Shown in pieces: positions 51,216 to 63,598 of a stretch of DNA of 64,000 nt. A program made the translations under genes and the position numbers. Position 1 is the stretch's first letter. Each line of letters begins with the position of its first letter. The notes under the pieces were generated by a model. It made no database searches. It saw only the letters and a list, made by a program, of their open reading frames with translations, and was not told the origin of the DNA. Source of the DNA: Ascidiella aspersa (Eukaryota); contig OZ004614.1 in assembly GCA_963924565.1 (NCBI GenBank), positions 8,122,001-8,186,000 of the forward strand. Direction: 5' to 3'.

Positions 51216-54200
51216 TTAGTAATAGAACCTGCAAAGTAGGCTTTGTTAGTTTTCACAAAAGACGTCGTGAAAGACGTGTTTGTAACTATAAATCAACTAT
51301 AAATTAAATGCGATTTGGTACATCGGGCGAATGACAAACTACTGTTCCTAAACTCAGATAAAATTAATTTTAGTGGATTTTCAGTTTCGATCGAGAATCG
51401 GTTAAAACTCTTTTAATGTATTTGTATATGACAAAGCTTGTGCACAGCCATGCGCCGTCCACTCTCAGGTATTACCCGTCAGTTATGCCCTAAAGTTTCT
51501 AAAGTAGATGAACACAGCTGACGGCTAAGATGTTATCAACAATAAGTCAAAAAAAAACGACAAAACAATTTATTTTAGCGCGCATATGATAATCAAAACG
51601 ACATAAAAAGTGCCCCTCTATTGTACAATGTCTACTGTTGTAATAACTTTTTGCAATGACTTGACCTAAGTCTGAAAACTGACTTTAGGACTTATGTTAT
51701 CAAGTGTTTTGTTACTTTTGTTTTGTGAAATTGAGTTATTATCTCAATTTATGCTTATAAATCTTTTTTTTGGCTTTATGACAGGGAAGATTGGTTGTTT
51801 CGTTGTATATCAGTGATAATCGGAAGTTATTACTCATCATCGGATGACTTTGTGAATTTTAATAGTTTAACGTTTTAGGTGTATGCCAATTAGCTACATT
51901 AAATGGAGTTGAATTGCTGTAATAATAATTTGGACGAGGACTTGGGAAACTAATGACTTGGAGTGGGGATTGACTTTTATTTGTTGAAAAATACGTGCTT
52001 TTTGATCAAGCTATTTTACAAATGACGTGACTGAGACTCAAAAGTCACTTCAAAATGACTTGTTTTCAACACTGCCAAATTAACAACAGCACCTGCCTTA
52101 TCGATGGCAATCAAAAAAAATTAAAAAAAGATTTGAAAAAAAACTTACTTTTCACGGTCGACCTTGATTGCGTAGACCTTGTTCGCGTTCTTCCCCCCGT
52201 TATATTTTCCAACGCATGCCTTACTGGGCCCGAAACGCTTGTAGGTGTACTTGGCGGTTCGAGAGCCCATGCACATACCGCCATCCTGCAGAGCTATCAC
52301 GTTGTACCCAGCCGCGTAGCCAGCAGCCACACACTGGGCCAGGGCGTCGTCCCGCCTCTTGTAGTTGCCGCGCAAGTAGACCCGGGTGCTGATTCGGCCC
52401 TCCATTGTCGGAATGGCCATGAAGTTTGCATCCTGCCAGCAGCCCAGCGTCCATGCGCGAACTGCGAGCAAAAAATGTACACCACAAAACTTATTTTATG
52501 AAACGAATACGACGAGTCTGTTTGTTCTAGGGTTTAAATTGCATTTTGACTTCAAAGCAATGAGCTTTCTGCCAATACTCTGTTACCGGATACGGTATTA
52601 TGCACAAAAGGAAAATCACCGTACAGTTGTTAGAACCGTACCAGTTCTAAGAATAACAATTTTAATCAACGGGTCGCTGGGAACATAGGAGGCACCAAAC
52701 CAGTCCAATGATGTCCGCATTTTTCTCACTGTCGCTTGGAAAACAATCCCCAAGGCTGCTAAGGATTAGATTTATCTTTACTTATACAAAAAAAATCTAC
52801 ACAAGTGTACCTACCCGAATGCCGGTTGTGCTAGAATTTTGTCTGATCAGCTCGGTCATTATCTGACGAACACAAACGCTATGAAATGCTGAGAATCGGG
52901 CACGAAGATATTATACAACGGCACAAAACTTCCCAAAAAACAATTATTTACCAAAGGAAATGAGATTTGGGTGCGGCCCGATCTAATAACAGTTCTAGTA
53001 AACAGGCCTATTACTCGAAAGTTCGACACAAAACGAATTTGCGAACTCACCTTTTCCAGCCTTTTTAATTTCGTATACTTGGTTGGCCCACGGTCCTCCT
53101 TCTCCGTCCGCTCGACATCTCTTTGATCTTCCGTACTTGCGGTAGTTCGTCCTGGCGTATGCCGAGGAGGCGCACCAACCCCCGTTCTATTACACGGGCG
53201 CAGTGGTACAGGATAAGACATTTAAATGACCCAAATTTAAGGCAAGATATTATCAATAACTAACAAATGAAGTCCCAAACAAGACAATTCACAATACAGG
53301 TGATTGCAGTATCACGTCAATTTCCAGCCGAGTCATGGGTTTAAAAAAACTATACGTGTAAAATTAATGTAAACAACCCATTTTTAGACGACCAAAAAAA
53401 ATGTAGTATAGTTCGCTGCTTTTTTGGCACATGTGGCGTCGCAAGTAAAAAAATGTTCAAAACTTATGAGTAAAACAGAGTTAGGTGTTTTTTATGTCTA
53501 AATCCTGCAAATAAAATATATATATATATAGTTTTATCAAAGCAAACGTATTTAATTTCAGGAATTCGTGTTTTACTTTTGTTATAGGCTATAAATTGAT
53601 TTTTTCCAAACTGCAAACTGTACCAAGACAATGACTTATGGTACGTACATACGCTGTTGGGAAAAAATTATATTTCTATACAAGAGATTTTACAAGCGTT
53701 ACGAGAGACTGTAGTATGTACAAAGTAGAACTAGAATTTTCGTGTCCGGTGCAAAATACCTGAACGGCGAACATGTCGTTATTGTCCTTATCAGCAACTC
53801 TTCCACACGCTTGTATCGGCAACCTCCGTTTTTGGTATAGGCCTGGTAATAAGGAGTGACCTTCTTGCGTTTTAATTGCTCTGTCTCGCTTGTCTGTCCA
53901 GCAACCCAAATTGTTGTAGATTACTGAAATGCAAGATTGGTGTGTTGGTTAGTACGGTAAGCCAAAATCAGCGCAAAACAATTGTGTATAAGGTCAGTAG
54001 CCTAATAGACAACATAAAAATGCTTGTTTAAAAGTGTCTGTTTAAAATAAAAGACCTATTTCTATTTTGTTTGGAGTTGCAAGGCGAGGTGAGCAAAACA
54101 AGATTAAGCCTTAATTTTTGAGGGAAAAAAAGTCGAACTTATTTGTTACATTGCCCAAAAAAGATTAAATATAATTTTTATACTGTAACTTTTTAATGGC

Positions 54201-54386
54201 TGTCTGCACTGCGAATAGACTAGGTATTTAAATGATTATAACGACGAATCTACGGATACAATCATATCCCGCTTGTGATTTGCTAAACCATCGTAATGTC
54301 ATTATTCAATGTTTCTTACTTGGATAAAAGTCCAAAGCCAGACCAAGGTGGCACAAGGCCGCCAAAATAGCCAGAGCAAGCTTCAT
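51216..54386 (-). CDS. Secreted protein with two tandem WSC-like cysteine repeats, 5 exons, 230 aa
   Basis: Exons 54386-54320, 53923-53760, 53186-53051, 52461-52149, 51228-51216 (693 nt). Signal peptide MKLALAILAALCHLGLA; repeats LGCWxD...AI...EG...GxYxxR...C...A(V/L)Q(N/D)GGxC...YxxYG/FGxSxxC...GGxxANxVY; AATAAA at 50894-50889. Confidence 0.8.
51633..52074 (+). mobile_element. GACTTG-repeat MITE family copy
   Basis: ATGACTTGACCTAAGT near the left end; family right end AAGTCACTTCAAAATGACTTGTTTTCAACACTG. Confidence 0.6.
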
Positions 54387-54468
54387 TGTGCTGTCTTTAA
54401 TTCTTCAATATCTGCGAACGAAATATGGTGCTGTCAAACGAATACGCCACTGTTGTATCTACGCGAGC

Positions 54469-54475
54469 TTTTATA
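54469..54475 (-). promoter_or_regulatory. TATA box of the secreted WSC-like gene
   Basis: TATAAAA on the minus strand ~85 nt upstream of the ATG at 54386. Confidence 0.5.
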
Positions 54476-55389
54476 GTTTACAGGTAAGGATCTCCCCCTT
54501 TTTCTTGGCTTTCAGGTAAATATCACACCTTTTTAAAGTTTTTGTCTGGTGTATTTTTTTTACTGAACTCATAAAAAGAAAAATTCTTGAGAATAAACTC
54601 CGTGTGTAGATAAAAAGTGGTTTTGGGAAAAAAAATTAAAAAGCGATTTTGTTCTAGAAACACAAAACCACAGGAAAAAGTTATGGTTTTTATCGGGAGA
54701 TTGAAACATTCCATGTCGCTAAAAGAACAATTCCAAAAAACACTACATCGTCAGTGGTGTAAAACTTACCTTACAGTTACAGGTAGAGGCGAATGGCAGA
54801 CAACGCCGGGCATCGAACTCGAGTCATCCAATCAATATGACTAATTAGGATACGAAGTCAGTAAATACACCGGAAAAGTATAGACGAGTATATAACGCTA
54901 TTCCTTGGTTGCCTAAATAATTTTATTTGCGGAGAAGAATCCAATTCAATCGATAGCAACAAATTATTTAGTAAGTCAAGATGACTTAAAAAATTAAAAG
55001 AAAAATAATTTGTAAACAGAGTTGAAAAGTAGAAAGAACCGAGCAGCTTGGATTTGCTCCGATCTCAAAACATTTTTGTTTTAAAAATATCGAGCAAGTT
55101 TTCCCCTTTAGCGAATTTTATCGTCGTCATCAATCAAATTCAGCTGTATTAGGTCATGGGCACAACTAAACCAATAGATTTCCAACGCGTGCGACATAAT
55201 ATTTACAAATATTTTTTTTTTTTTTTATAAACTATGTGTAAGTATTCTATGATATTTTGGTAAAATAATATTTCTCTGGCGCCTCTGGCGATTAAACATC
55301 TGGTAATATATTATCTCTTGAAGTTGAATTGAATTGAACGAACGTAGTTTTGCAAAAAGGTTTTCTTCTCAACAAATAAAAACTCAAAA

Positions 55390-58300
55390 ATGGCCAACAT
55401 GAATGCACCACCAAACCTGGAACCACAAATCCAAAGTTCGATGCCAATTCCTATAATGCAGGTACATATTGGAATACTCGATTGCAATTCCCATTCAAAG
55501 CACAACTAGTCTGCATTTCATGGCACTTTTTTTTCGAGATTCCTAGTTTGTTTTAGTTAAATTTAAGCAATCATAGTTTGATGCAGTCCCTGTTTTTCAA
55601 AATCTGACCACATCTGAACCTTTTTCTCAAATTAAGGTTTGCAATTTACTGAAATTCTGCTGTGCATGCATACAGTTTTTAAACCTTTGTATGTATAATA
55701 GAACGCACGTGTAGGCTTGATTGACCTTACACTGTTATTTTTCTATTTTACACATGGTCTATTTTAATTGAAGTTTTCTTCAAAGTATCCTCTGAAAATA
55801 TAAGTCCTTTCCATCATCCTAAAAATTGAAAAGTAATATTAATATTTCTAATTTAAAAATTGGTTTGTTTTATTTTTCAAAGTTCAAATTATGTGTATGG
55901 TTGCATATTCCATGTTGCAAACTATGTTTGTACGCCGCACTTGTAAGACAACTGAAGGCCTGTTTACACTACAGCTGCGCTGAGCTGGGCGCGCAATTGT
56001 TTTTCACTACAGCTGTGCTAAGCTGAGCTGGGCGTAAAAATTGCTGAAAAACGTATCGTTTTTCTATAGCTGAATAGGCTTTCTCTAGCTGCAAGTTTTC
56101 GTGAAAATGGCTTCAAAGCGTATTTTTTTCCAGTTGTACAGAGCCATTTTTTTTCCAGCTGTTAAGCAAAGCAAGAAAAGCTTGAAACAATAGAATTTAT
56201 ATGCAAACTATGCTTTGCTCAACTTAGTGCAGCTTTAGTGTAAACAGGCCTTACAGGTGCATGTTAAATTATTTTTTTTGAAAGATACGAAATTCCAACT
56301 GAGTTTTGATTTTATGAATCTTTACCTTACTTAGAGTTTTACCTGGTAAGAGTATGGATGCTTTCTTACACATCTAACTTACATTGTGTTTTTTTGGCAG
56401 TATGTAAACCAGTACACCGCGGAAGCAGTAAGGAGAGGCACCTGCCCAAAACCTCCCCAACCACCTAAAGAGTCGTACCAGATGTTTGGTCAGACCTGTC
56501 ACCAAGATGATGCCATTATGCGACCCCTTGAGGCCCAAGTAAATAAGACTAGTGTGCATATTCTAGCCTAGACTCATTGTTTTATTTTGGTTGTTTTGGA
56601 AAAGAACCACTGGTTTAATGCATACATGCCAACAGCGGGCAATACTTTATCTTTACATCTGCTATTCTGGTAACCTACAAAGCAGAAATTGGTGATAAAA
56701 CAAGTTTTGTAATAGGCATACTTGGGTAACTAGGTTATTATATAGAAGTTTCCTTAATCAACCAGTAAAATACAGTAAAAATTCAAAGTTTTTGTAAGTT
56801 TTTAAACCCTTCCATCAAATAATACCACAGGACAGTGGCGTAGCCAGCCGAAAATTTTTGGAGGGGGGCAAAAAGTTTGAATTTTTTGTTTAGCTTTTGT
56901 CATTGTATTAACCGCCTTAACGAACACAATAACAATGTTAGCAAACCGTTTCGAGCAGCAACTGACTGAGTGTTAACACAATACTCCAATTTCAAAATAA
57001 TAAATTTTTTAGGGTAAAATATTTATAAATTTTGGGGGGGCCAGGCCCCTCAGGCCCCTCTCTGGCTACGCCTATGCCTCACATGATTGTGGTACATGGT
57101 TCTTAGTTATCTGCTATGCTTAACTCAGTGATATTTCAACTGTTATACCATCAAAGGTTATTCAGTATTTCTTCAAATTTGCATTTTTCTGAACTTTGTT
57201 TCCTATCAAATGTTTTAACCATCACATGCCAAGTATCTTTAAAAAATATGTGGTGAATAACTTACATGTATATTAGGGTTGTTCAAAAAAACGCTTTTTT
57301 GTCGAATTTCAATGGGGTCCCCCCAGAAATTGTTAGGTTGACTCTAAAAATGTTTGCTATTTTTCGTACAAAATAGCCCAACATATGTTGTTGAAATGTA
57401 ACATTTGTACCATGACTACTCACTTTTTTACTGTAAATCAGGTTAATTTATAGCTATTCAAGTGCAACAATGCAAAAAAAGTAGAAAAAAAAAAATTTTC
57501 AGGGGAGGATAATTTATTTTTTTCAAAAATTTCAACCTAAATATTAATTTTCAAATTGACGTAGCACGGTCAACACTGAACCAAAAGTGCTCAGATTTGG
57601 TTTGTGGGGTTTTTAGACACAACCTAAGAATTCCAGGGTGTCCGCACTGAAATTTGACAAAGAAGTGTTTTTTTGAACAACCCTAATGTATATATATAAA
57701 ACAGTCATTTCATTTATTGTGCCATTTTAAGGGAAAAAAATAAAATGAATAATAAGTTTGCATAACTGTTGCATTGTAAAATACCATTTCTGTCTTTAAA
57801 AAAAATGCCATATAGAAAGTAAAAACACTGCCACCTATTTTGATGGAACCAAGCAAGTTAGATACTAAACCAACCCCTTAACTACTTTGCAAAGGGTTTA
57901 CTCAGACTTCACCCAGAACCCTACAACAAACGAGAAGAGCTGAAGAAAATAACTGTGTCAATTCTGTGCAACTTTCTTGATCTTCTTGATATTCTCGTAA
58001 AAGCAGGAACCTCTCCTGGCAGAGATCAGAAAATTGAAGATCTCAATCTTCTGTTCATTCACATGCACCATCTTATCAATGAATTTAGGTAAGTTTTCCA
58101 TTAAATCTATAAAAATGTATAACAGACTTTTGCTGTGTTGGTATTATCTGATTTACTAATAAAAGCAAAAGTATCCGGTCAGCTTCTATTGAAAGTTATT
58201 CACTTTTTTTGCGTATATGGCTGCTTTGCCCTTACTAAATTACTTTGTTGAAGAGAAGAGAAAGCATAATATATATTGATTTGACTTGGGGATCAGGGCA

Positions 58301-59894
58301 TGTCTTTACTAGTTTCAGGATTTTATTTTAATGTAATATAGCTAATATTTCATGGCCTTTAGTTTTATAGCAACATTATATTAAATTTAAATCCACAGGC
58401 CTCACCAAGCCAGAGAAACCCTCAAAGTCATGATGAACATGCAGAAAAAAAACATGGTGGATGCCGGGGAACAATTGGGAAAACACATCAATAAAGCTGC
58501 TGAAATATTGCACCAATGCTCTGAAGACCTGGTGCTCCTAAAGTGTACTGTAAGTCAACGTTGCCTGTTAAATCTTTGTCAAGAAAATGTGAACATCTGA
58601 TTTATAGATGTGGGGTACCCAATCAAGTTTATTTTGCTCGACCGTTATTGTTCATGTTAACCTTTTCAAAACAGATTAGTACTGAAGGGTATGTGATAAC
58701 TCAATTTGTGTTGGCGCTTGTAAAACTAGATTATCTTAGCTTTAAGTATATTAAGTGCCGACAGCAAATGCCTTAATATTCAGTTTAAACAGAATTATGG
58801 AAGTGTGCTCATATTTCAATAACAGCCTAATCATGTGTATTTTATGCAAGTAAGTTTATTATAACTATTTATACAACGTCATTTGTATAGACTAAAGGTG
58901 AAGAACCTTTTTAGCGTAGGGTGCCATCACTGCCATGTAGCTGCATATTTTTTGATGTATTTGCGTGAATTTTAATAATATTTTTCAACGTCTGGTTTTG
59001 AGAAGCAAAAATTGTGTTTTAATAGGGCTGCTAAGTTAGGTTTATATTTGAAAAACAGAACGCTTTAAGCAAGGATAAGGAATTGACCAAGTTTGTAAAA
59101 ATTTTATTGCTGAGTATCATGTTTCACAAACGTGGCGTTTGAGCTAAATAAATTACTCTAAAACAGGCTAAGATAAACTACATATTGAAATAATCAATTT
59201 ACCTTTTCGCGCGGCGCGATGCCGTACATTGTTTTCTTAAGATCGACAAAAAGCTCTGTGCAATTCAACTTGGACATAATCGTCTTAACTAACTTTTGTT
59301 TGTGCTAAATAAGCGAAATGCCGAAACTAATTTTTGCAAATGAAGCTACGAGCTTAGTTAATCTAATCACTTGATATGCAAACAGGTTTTAAAAAGTGTG
59401 TATTACTTACAGTTACAGAACTATATTTGTGTGTGTTTTTTTGCAAACAATTTTTCTAGTTTTAAAAATAAATTGCGTATGGTAACAAAAAAATTGAACC
59501 ACAATCCCGCAGATGTAGCGACAAGCAACTTACATTCGTGGTATGCAGTTCGTACAACTTGCAACATCGAGTAAAAAAACAGGTCCGCAGCCCCGAATCC
59601 ACATATTTGAACTTGATCTCAAAAAAGTGACCTTGAGGGCTGACACCAAGGTCAAATATGTGTGTTTTGTATAAAAAAAAATTGTGTGTTCTACTTTAAC
59701 CCTGTTGCTGTTTCGCCAAGGACGACTCGAGCGACCAGACCGAGGCCGAAGCCATGGACACCGAGGGTGCCGACGGCCCCGAGCCCGGCGCCGTGATGGC
59801 CAACGGACTCCCCGGCCCGGAAAGTGACGTCACGGCTAACCACGACGACAAGGACTCGATTATGTGCGGGATGGTGGACGGTATCAACGACTGA
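55390..59894 (+). CDS. MED7: Mediator of RNA polymerase II transcription subunit 7, 5 exons, 242 aa
   Basis: Exons 55390-55461, 56401-56538, 57895-58088, 58399-58549, 59721-59894 (729 nt). PIPIMQYVNQYT...PKPPQP...SYQMFG...DDAIMRPLEAQGLLRLHP...ELKK...SILCNFLDLLDIL...[36 protein letters not shown]...KDSIMCGMVD. Confidence 0.95.
55957..56250. mobile_element. PIF/Harbinger (Tourist-like) MITE
   Basis: TIR GGCCTGTTTACACTA(C)AGCTGC / GCAGCT(T)TAGTGTAAACAGGCC; flanks GAA / TTA. Confidence 0.65.
56833..57076. mobile_element. MITE with G-rich subtermini
   Basis: CAGTGGCGTAGCCAG ... GGGGGGGCCAGGCCCC...CTGGCTACGCCTATG; TSD not clean. Confidence 0.6.
57274..57685. mobile_element. hAT (hATm-like) MITE with long imperfect TIRs (~75 bp)
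   Basis: TAGGGTTGTTCAAAAAAAC...TTAGGTTG / CAACCTAA...GTTTTTTTGAACAACCCTA; perfect TSD ATGTATAT (57266-57273, 57686-57693). Confidence 0.8.
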
Positions 59895-62246
59895 CGACCC
59901 GGGTCAAAGTGAAATGGTTATATTAGGGTTCAAACGAAAAATTCCCCATTCCCAGGGGCTGGGGTCCTCTAGGTTGGATTAAGAGGGACCTGCTGGCTTC
60001 GGAGTTGCACCCGACATTCCTGTGTTGTTTTTCCAATGATCTTGCGCAGAAGAGGCCAAAGCGTGGCGCATGTGGCTCTTACGTTCTGGTTGAATTTGAG
60101 AATTCAAGATGTCCAGTGTCAGTTTTCATGTGCTTAATATTTGTCCTATTTTTACTACTTAAATGCATTTTTTTCTCGCTTAACGCGAAAGTTAAAACTC
60201 CAGTATGCCTGTTTTGAGAAATCTTGTCAGCATAAACACGCCTTGCGTCTCACGGCAGGTTTGCTCACTTCTAAAGTCAATAAATTAGAATTTTCTGGTG
60301 CACTCTGAATGAAAACTATAGCTTCAATGCAGCCTAATCTTTATTGTTAGTGTGCAACATAATAAATCTAGCTAAGCAAAGGTATATATATATATATGAG
60401 GAAGAAACACGGTGGTATTTAATTCAGGCTATATAAAAGGTGTGGCTCTTTGAGGTTAACCAAGAAAGAAATGTGGCTCTTGGTCTCTGTCCGGTTGGCC
60501 ACCCCTGGGCTTAAGGGTTTGTACAGCGCATATGGGTTTGTTTTGTATTTTTTTTTTATCTAAATCACACACTTTGTTTTGTTTTTGACATACGTTAGTT
60601 TGCTGATCCTATTATGTTGTCTAATACGTCGCTCCACTCCCAAATACCAGTCTTCGGTAAAACAAGACACGCCACAATGTACTGCCACGCTGCTGAAAAA
60701 AGCGTAATTTTCGCAATAAATTGATTTCGCATTTTTAACAGTGTTTTTAAAACAATTTTTTGGGTGATTCATAAAAAGTAAAGTAATTGCTTGTTGTATA
60801 ACCATTTCAGCTAATGTTAATCTGGAAGTGAAACAAACTAAAGAAGCAAGTCGCGTGTCATTGGAAATGGACCAACTCATATCATTGTGTCCTCTATTTT
60901 TGCACTTGAGCCGAAAAACAGTGCGCAAAGTGCCTAAATTACCAAACGTAAAAGTGCCCGAAATCGAGGTCTCGAAAAGACGATTGGCATCCGAAAATTG
61001 TAAAATTATTATTTGTATTTGCGGTTTAAATGAAAAAAGAGTGCCAAAAATTTGCGCAATAAAATTCGCTTAGCGGGGACACTGGATCACAGATTTATAT
61101 TATTTGTCTTGTGTTTCAGTATTGTCGTTAATAAACTAGCTCAGCAGTCGTTCTACTTTCTAACACTCTTAATTGATTGGAAATGTTAACTATTGTCATA
61201 CTCTGGCTGCTACTGAAATATTTATACACAATAGTGCAGAACTGCAATCTGGCATTTCAGAAGTCCTACTGCCAATTGTCAAAAAATAACGGCACACATA
61301 TAGCCTTGGCGATAACATTTGATCAATTAGGAATTTTCGTGCAAGCATGGCCCGTGACCAGGCAAACAAATTAACTAGCCTGCGATTCGGTTTTAACTCA
61401 CGGTCTCGACCAAACCGGTAAGGCTCTGAGGTGAACAAGATAAACAATCCTATCTGTGACTGCGAAGTGTTTATTTTAGATGTGACCAATTCGACCATTA
61501 AGTACATTGCGATGGAGTGCGAACATTAGTAGTAATTACGTCAAGGTGTGATTCGTAACTTAAAATATTACGTCATTGTGGTGTGGTTGCGTAAGTAATT
61601 ACTTAAGTGCGTAAAATGTTGATAAAATAAATGCAATCATCTTCAATTTATTGATGATACAATAGTGAGAACTGGTGGTGCATTGCCTAACTATAGAAGG
61701 TAATAATAGTTGTGGTCGTAAACGACTCTGTAACTGGGCTGAGGAATGAAGTATATAATATTTTACGCACAGATGAAAAGTAAACTGTGCCAGTTTAAAT
61801 GGTTTTGTAAAAAAAAGTCTGACCGAATACCCCAATTTTTAGCAGAGAAAAAAAAATACATATCGACCACAAGTTCAAACACCTGTGCCCTGACTATTTG
61901 GACCGACTATAATAAAAAAAAAAACTCCTTCGTAGATTCTGTTCGTACGTCCCTGGAAAAAATTTTAAGATAACTATTTGAAGTTGTACCCACAACAGTA
62001 CAAGTGTTAGCGGGGCCGGCTTCCAGTATTACTGCGAACATCAAACAGTACAATCAGCGTATCATTCACACAAGAAGCAAGCACGCAGACATTTGTGAGA
62101 GAAATACAACAGTTCACTTCACAAACTAAACTCTAGTGTATTGCCAGGTTGCCTTATCGTGCTTTAAAATAATATAGTAATATAGCAGTGTACGTAATCT
62201 CAAAGGTGACTAGAATATGAATTTTCCTATCACGAAATCTTTCTGC

Positions 62247-63598
62247 TCATTTGCTTCTTCCTTGATCTATTCCCGACTCTGCTCCTTTGTCTAAAATTAA
62301 AAATCATATAAAATTTAAATGTGAGTGTTTTGTTTCGTTCTAAAAAACATTCAAAATAGTCTATGGCAGTGATTCTCAACCGCGGCTCTCAGAGCCGCAT
62401 GCGGCTCTCAACTGTACATTTTGCGGCTCTCACTAACGGAGTGAAAAATTAGTTCGCAGTAGCAGAATTGCAACAAAGGAAGTAAGAGAAACCAAAAGTG
62501 AATAAATTTGATCAGCAAGGATCCCGAGTACGAAGTACTAATCTTACCGGGTTACTTCCGTCCGGCTCTTTAAAATAATTTTGTGGTTTGTTACGTCACA
62601 ATATATTTAGTCCTGATCGACAAGCTATGGCAATAGGCAAAGCTATGGCAAAAATTAGTTAGCCTAGGCTAGCGTAATGTATATTTGTTGTTTTCTTGTT
62701 GCTATTTTAATGTTTTTTTAATTATGCCTACTGTTGTTTTTATGCGGCTCCTTGCAAACCTTGGGTTTGAAATGCGGCTCTGGCTCTAAAAAAGGTTGAG
62801 AATCACTGGTCTATGGCAAATGGAAAAAATGACTTACTTTCGCTATTTAAAACCAAATTTTTTTTAATTTGGAACCCAATTCAATTCAATTCAATTCAAT
62901 TTTTATTGTTTTGGCACATAACGTTGAAACAACAACAAAAGCAGTACGATTATTTAATATTCCGCGAGGCACCGATACAACCAACAGGTTTACCAGTCAA
63001 GGTGCCCCCTATCACAATATATATTAGCAAACACAAGAATTATTTAAACTTATTAATACTAATATTATTTAAATTATTACAAGTTTTTAAATTATTTACC
63101 CAAGAAACCTAAGCCATTTTAAGCCACGTTTTAAGAAGGTAGAAGTGGCATTCTTCAAGATAAAAATTAAATTAAAGAATATTTAAAAAAAAAAAAACAG
63201 GTAAAATGTGTTTTTTTCAAAAATCTTAAATAAGCCAATTGTCGTAGTTATGTAGCAGGCAGTGATTCTCAAACGGTGTACCACGACAGACCAGTGTGCC
63301 TCGAAAAATCCATGTATTCCACAACCAAAAAAGCAAAGTCAATTTTATAGGTTAGCCTATATACACAGTGGACATAACGCTATGAGCCGTTTCTTAATGA
63401 AACTAAGTGGACAACATTCACTCTTACCCATAACCTTTGAATAGCGCAAGAAGCTGTCGATGACCTTCGGGTTGCTCTGTTGGTTCAGCAGTTTGACCAG
63501 GTCTGGCTGGCTTTGCTTGTTGCGAAACTCAGTTTCGTATGAAGTCTTGCCCTTGATCAGCTCCTGGTTTCTCACATGATCTTTTGTCACTGTCGGTA
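62247..63598 (-). CDS. Probable last two exons of an unidentified gene entering from beyond the window end
   Basis: CAG acceptor, exon 63598-63428 (only one open frame: PTVTKDHVRNQELIKGKTSYETEFRNKQSQPDLVKLLNQQSNPKVIDSFLRYSKVM), GTAAGA donor, then TTTTAG acceptor and 62290-62247 (DKGAESGIDQGRSK*); coding-like composition. Confidence 0.55.
62367..62808. mobile_element. hAT (Charlie/Buster-like) MITE
   Basis: 15-bp TIR CAGTGATTCTCAACC / GGTTGAGAATCACTG; perfect TSD GTCTATGG (62359-62366, 62809-62816); GCGGCTC subterminal repeats. Confidence 0.9.

Noticed and set aside
56539-57894. U12-type intron in MED7
   Set aside because: The donor is GTAAAT, not GTATCCTT/ATATCCTT
2777-59894. Non-canonical splice sites or an altered genetic code
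   Set aside because: All reconstructed introns are GT-AG and all genes translate cleanly with the standard code
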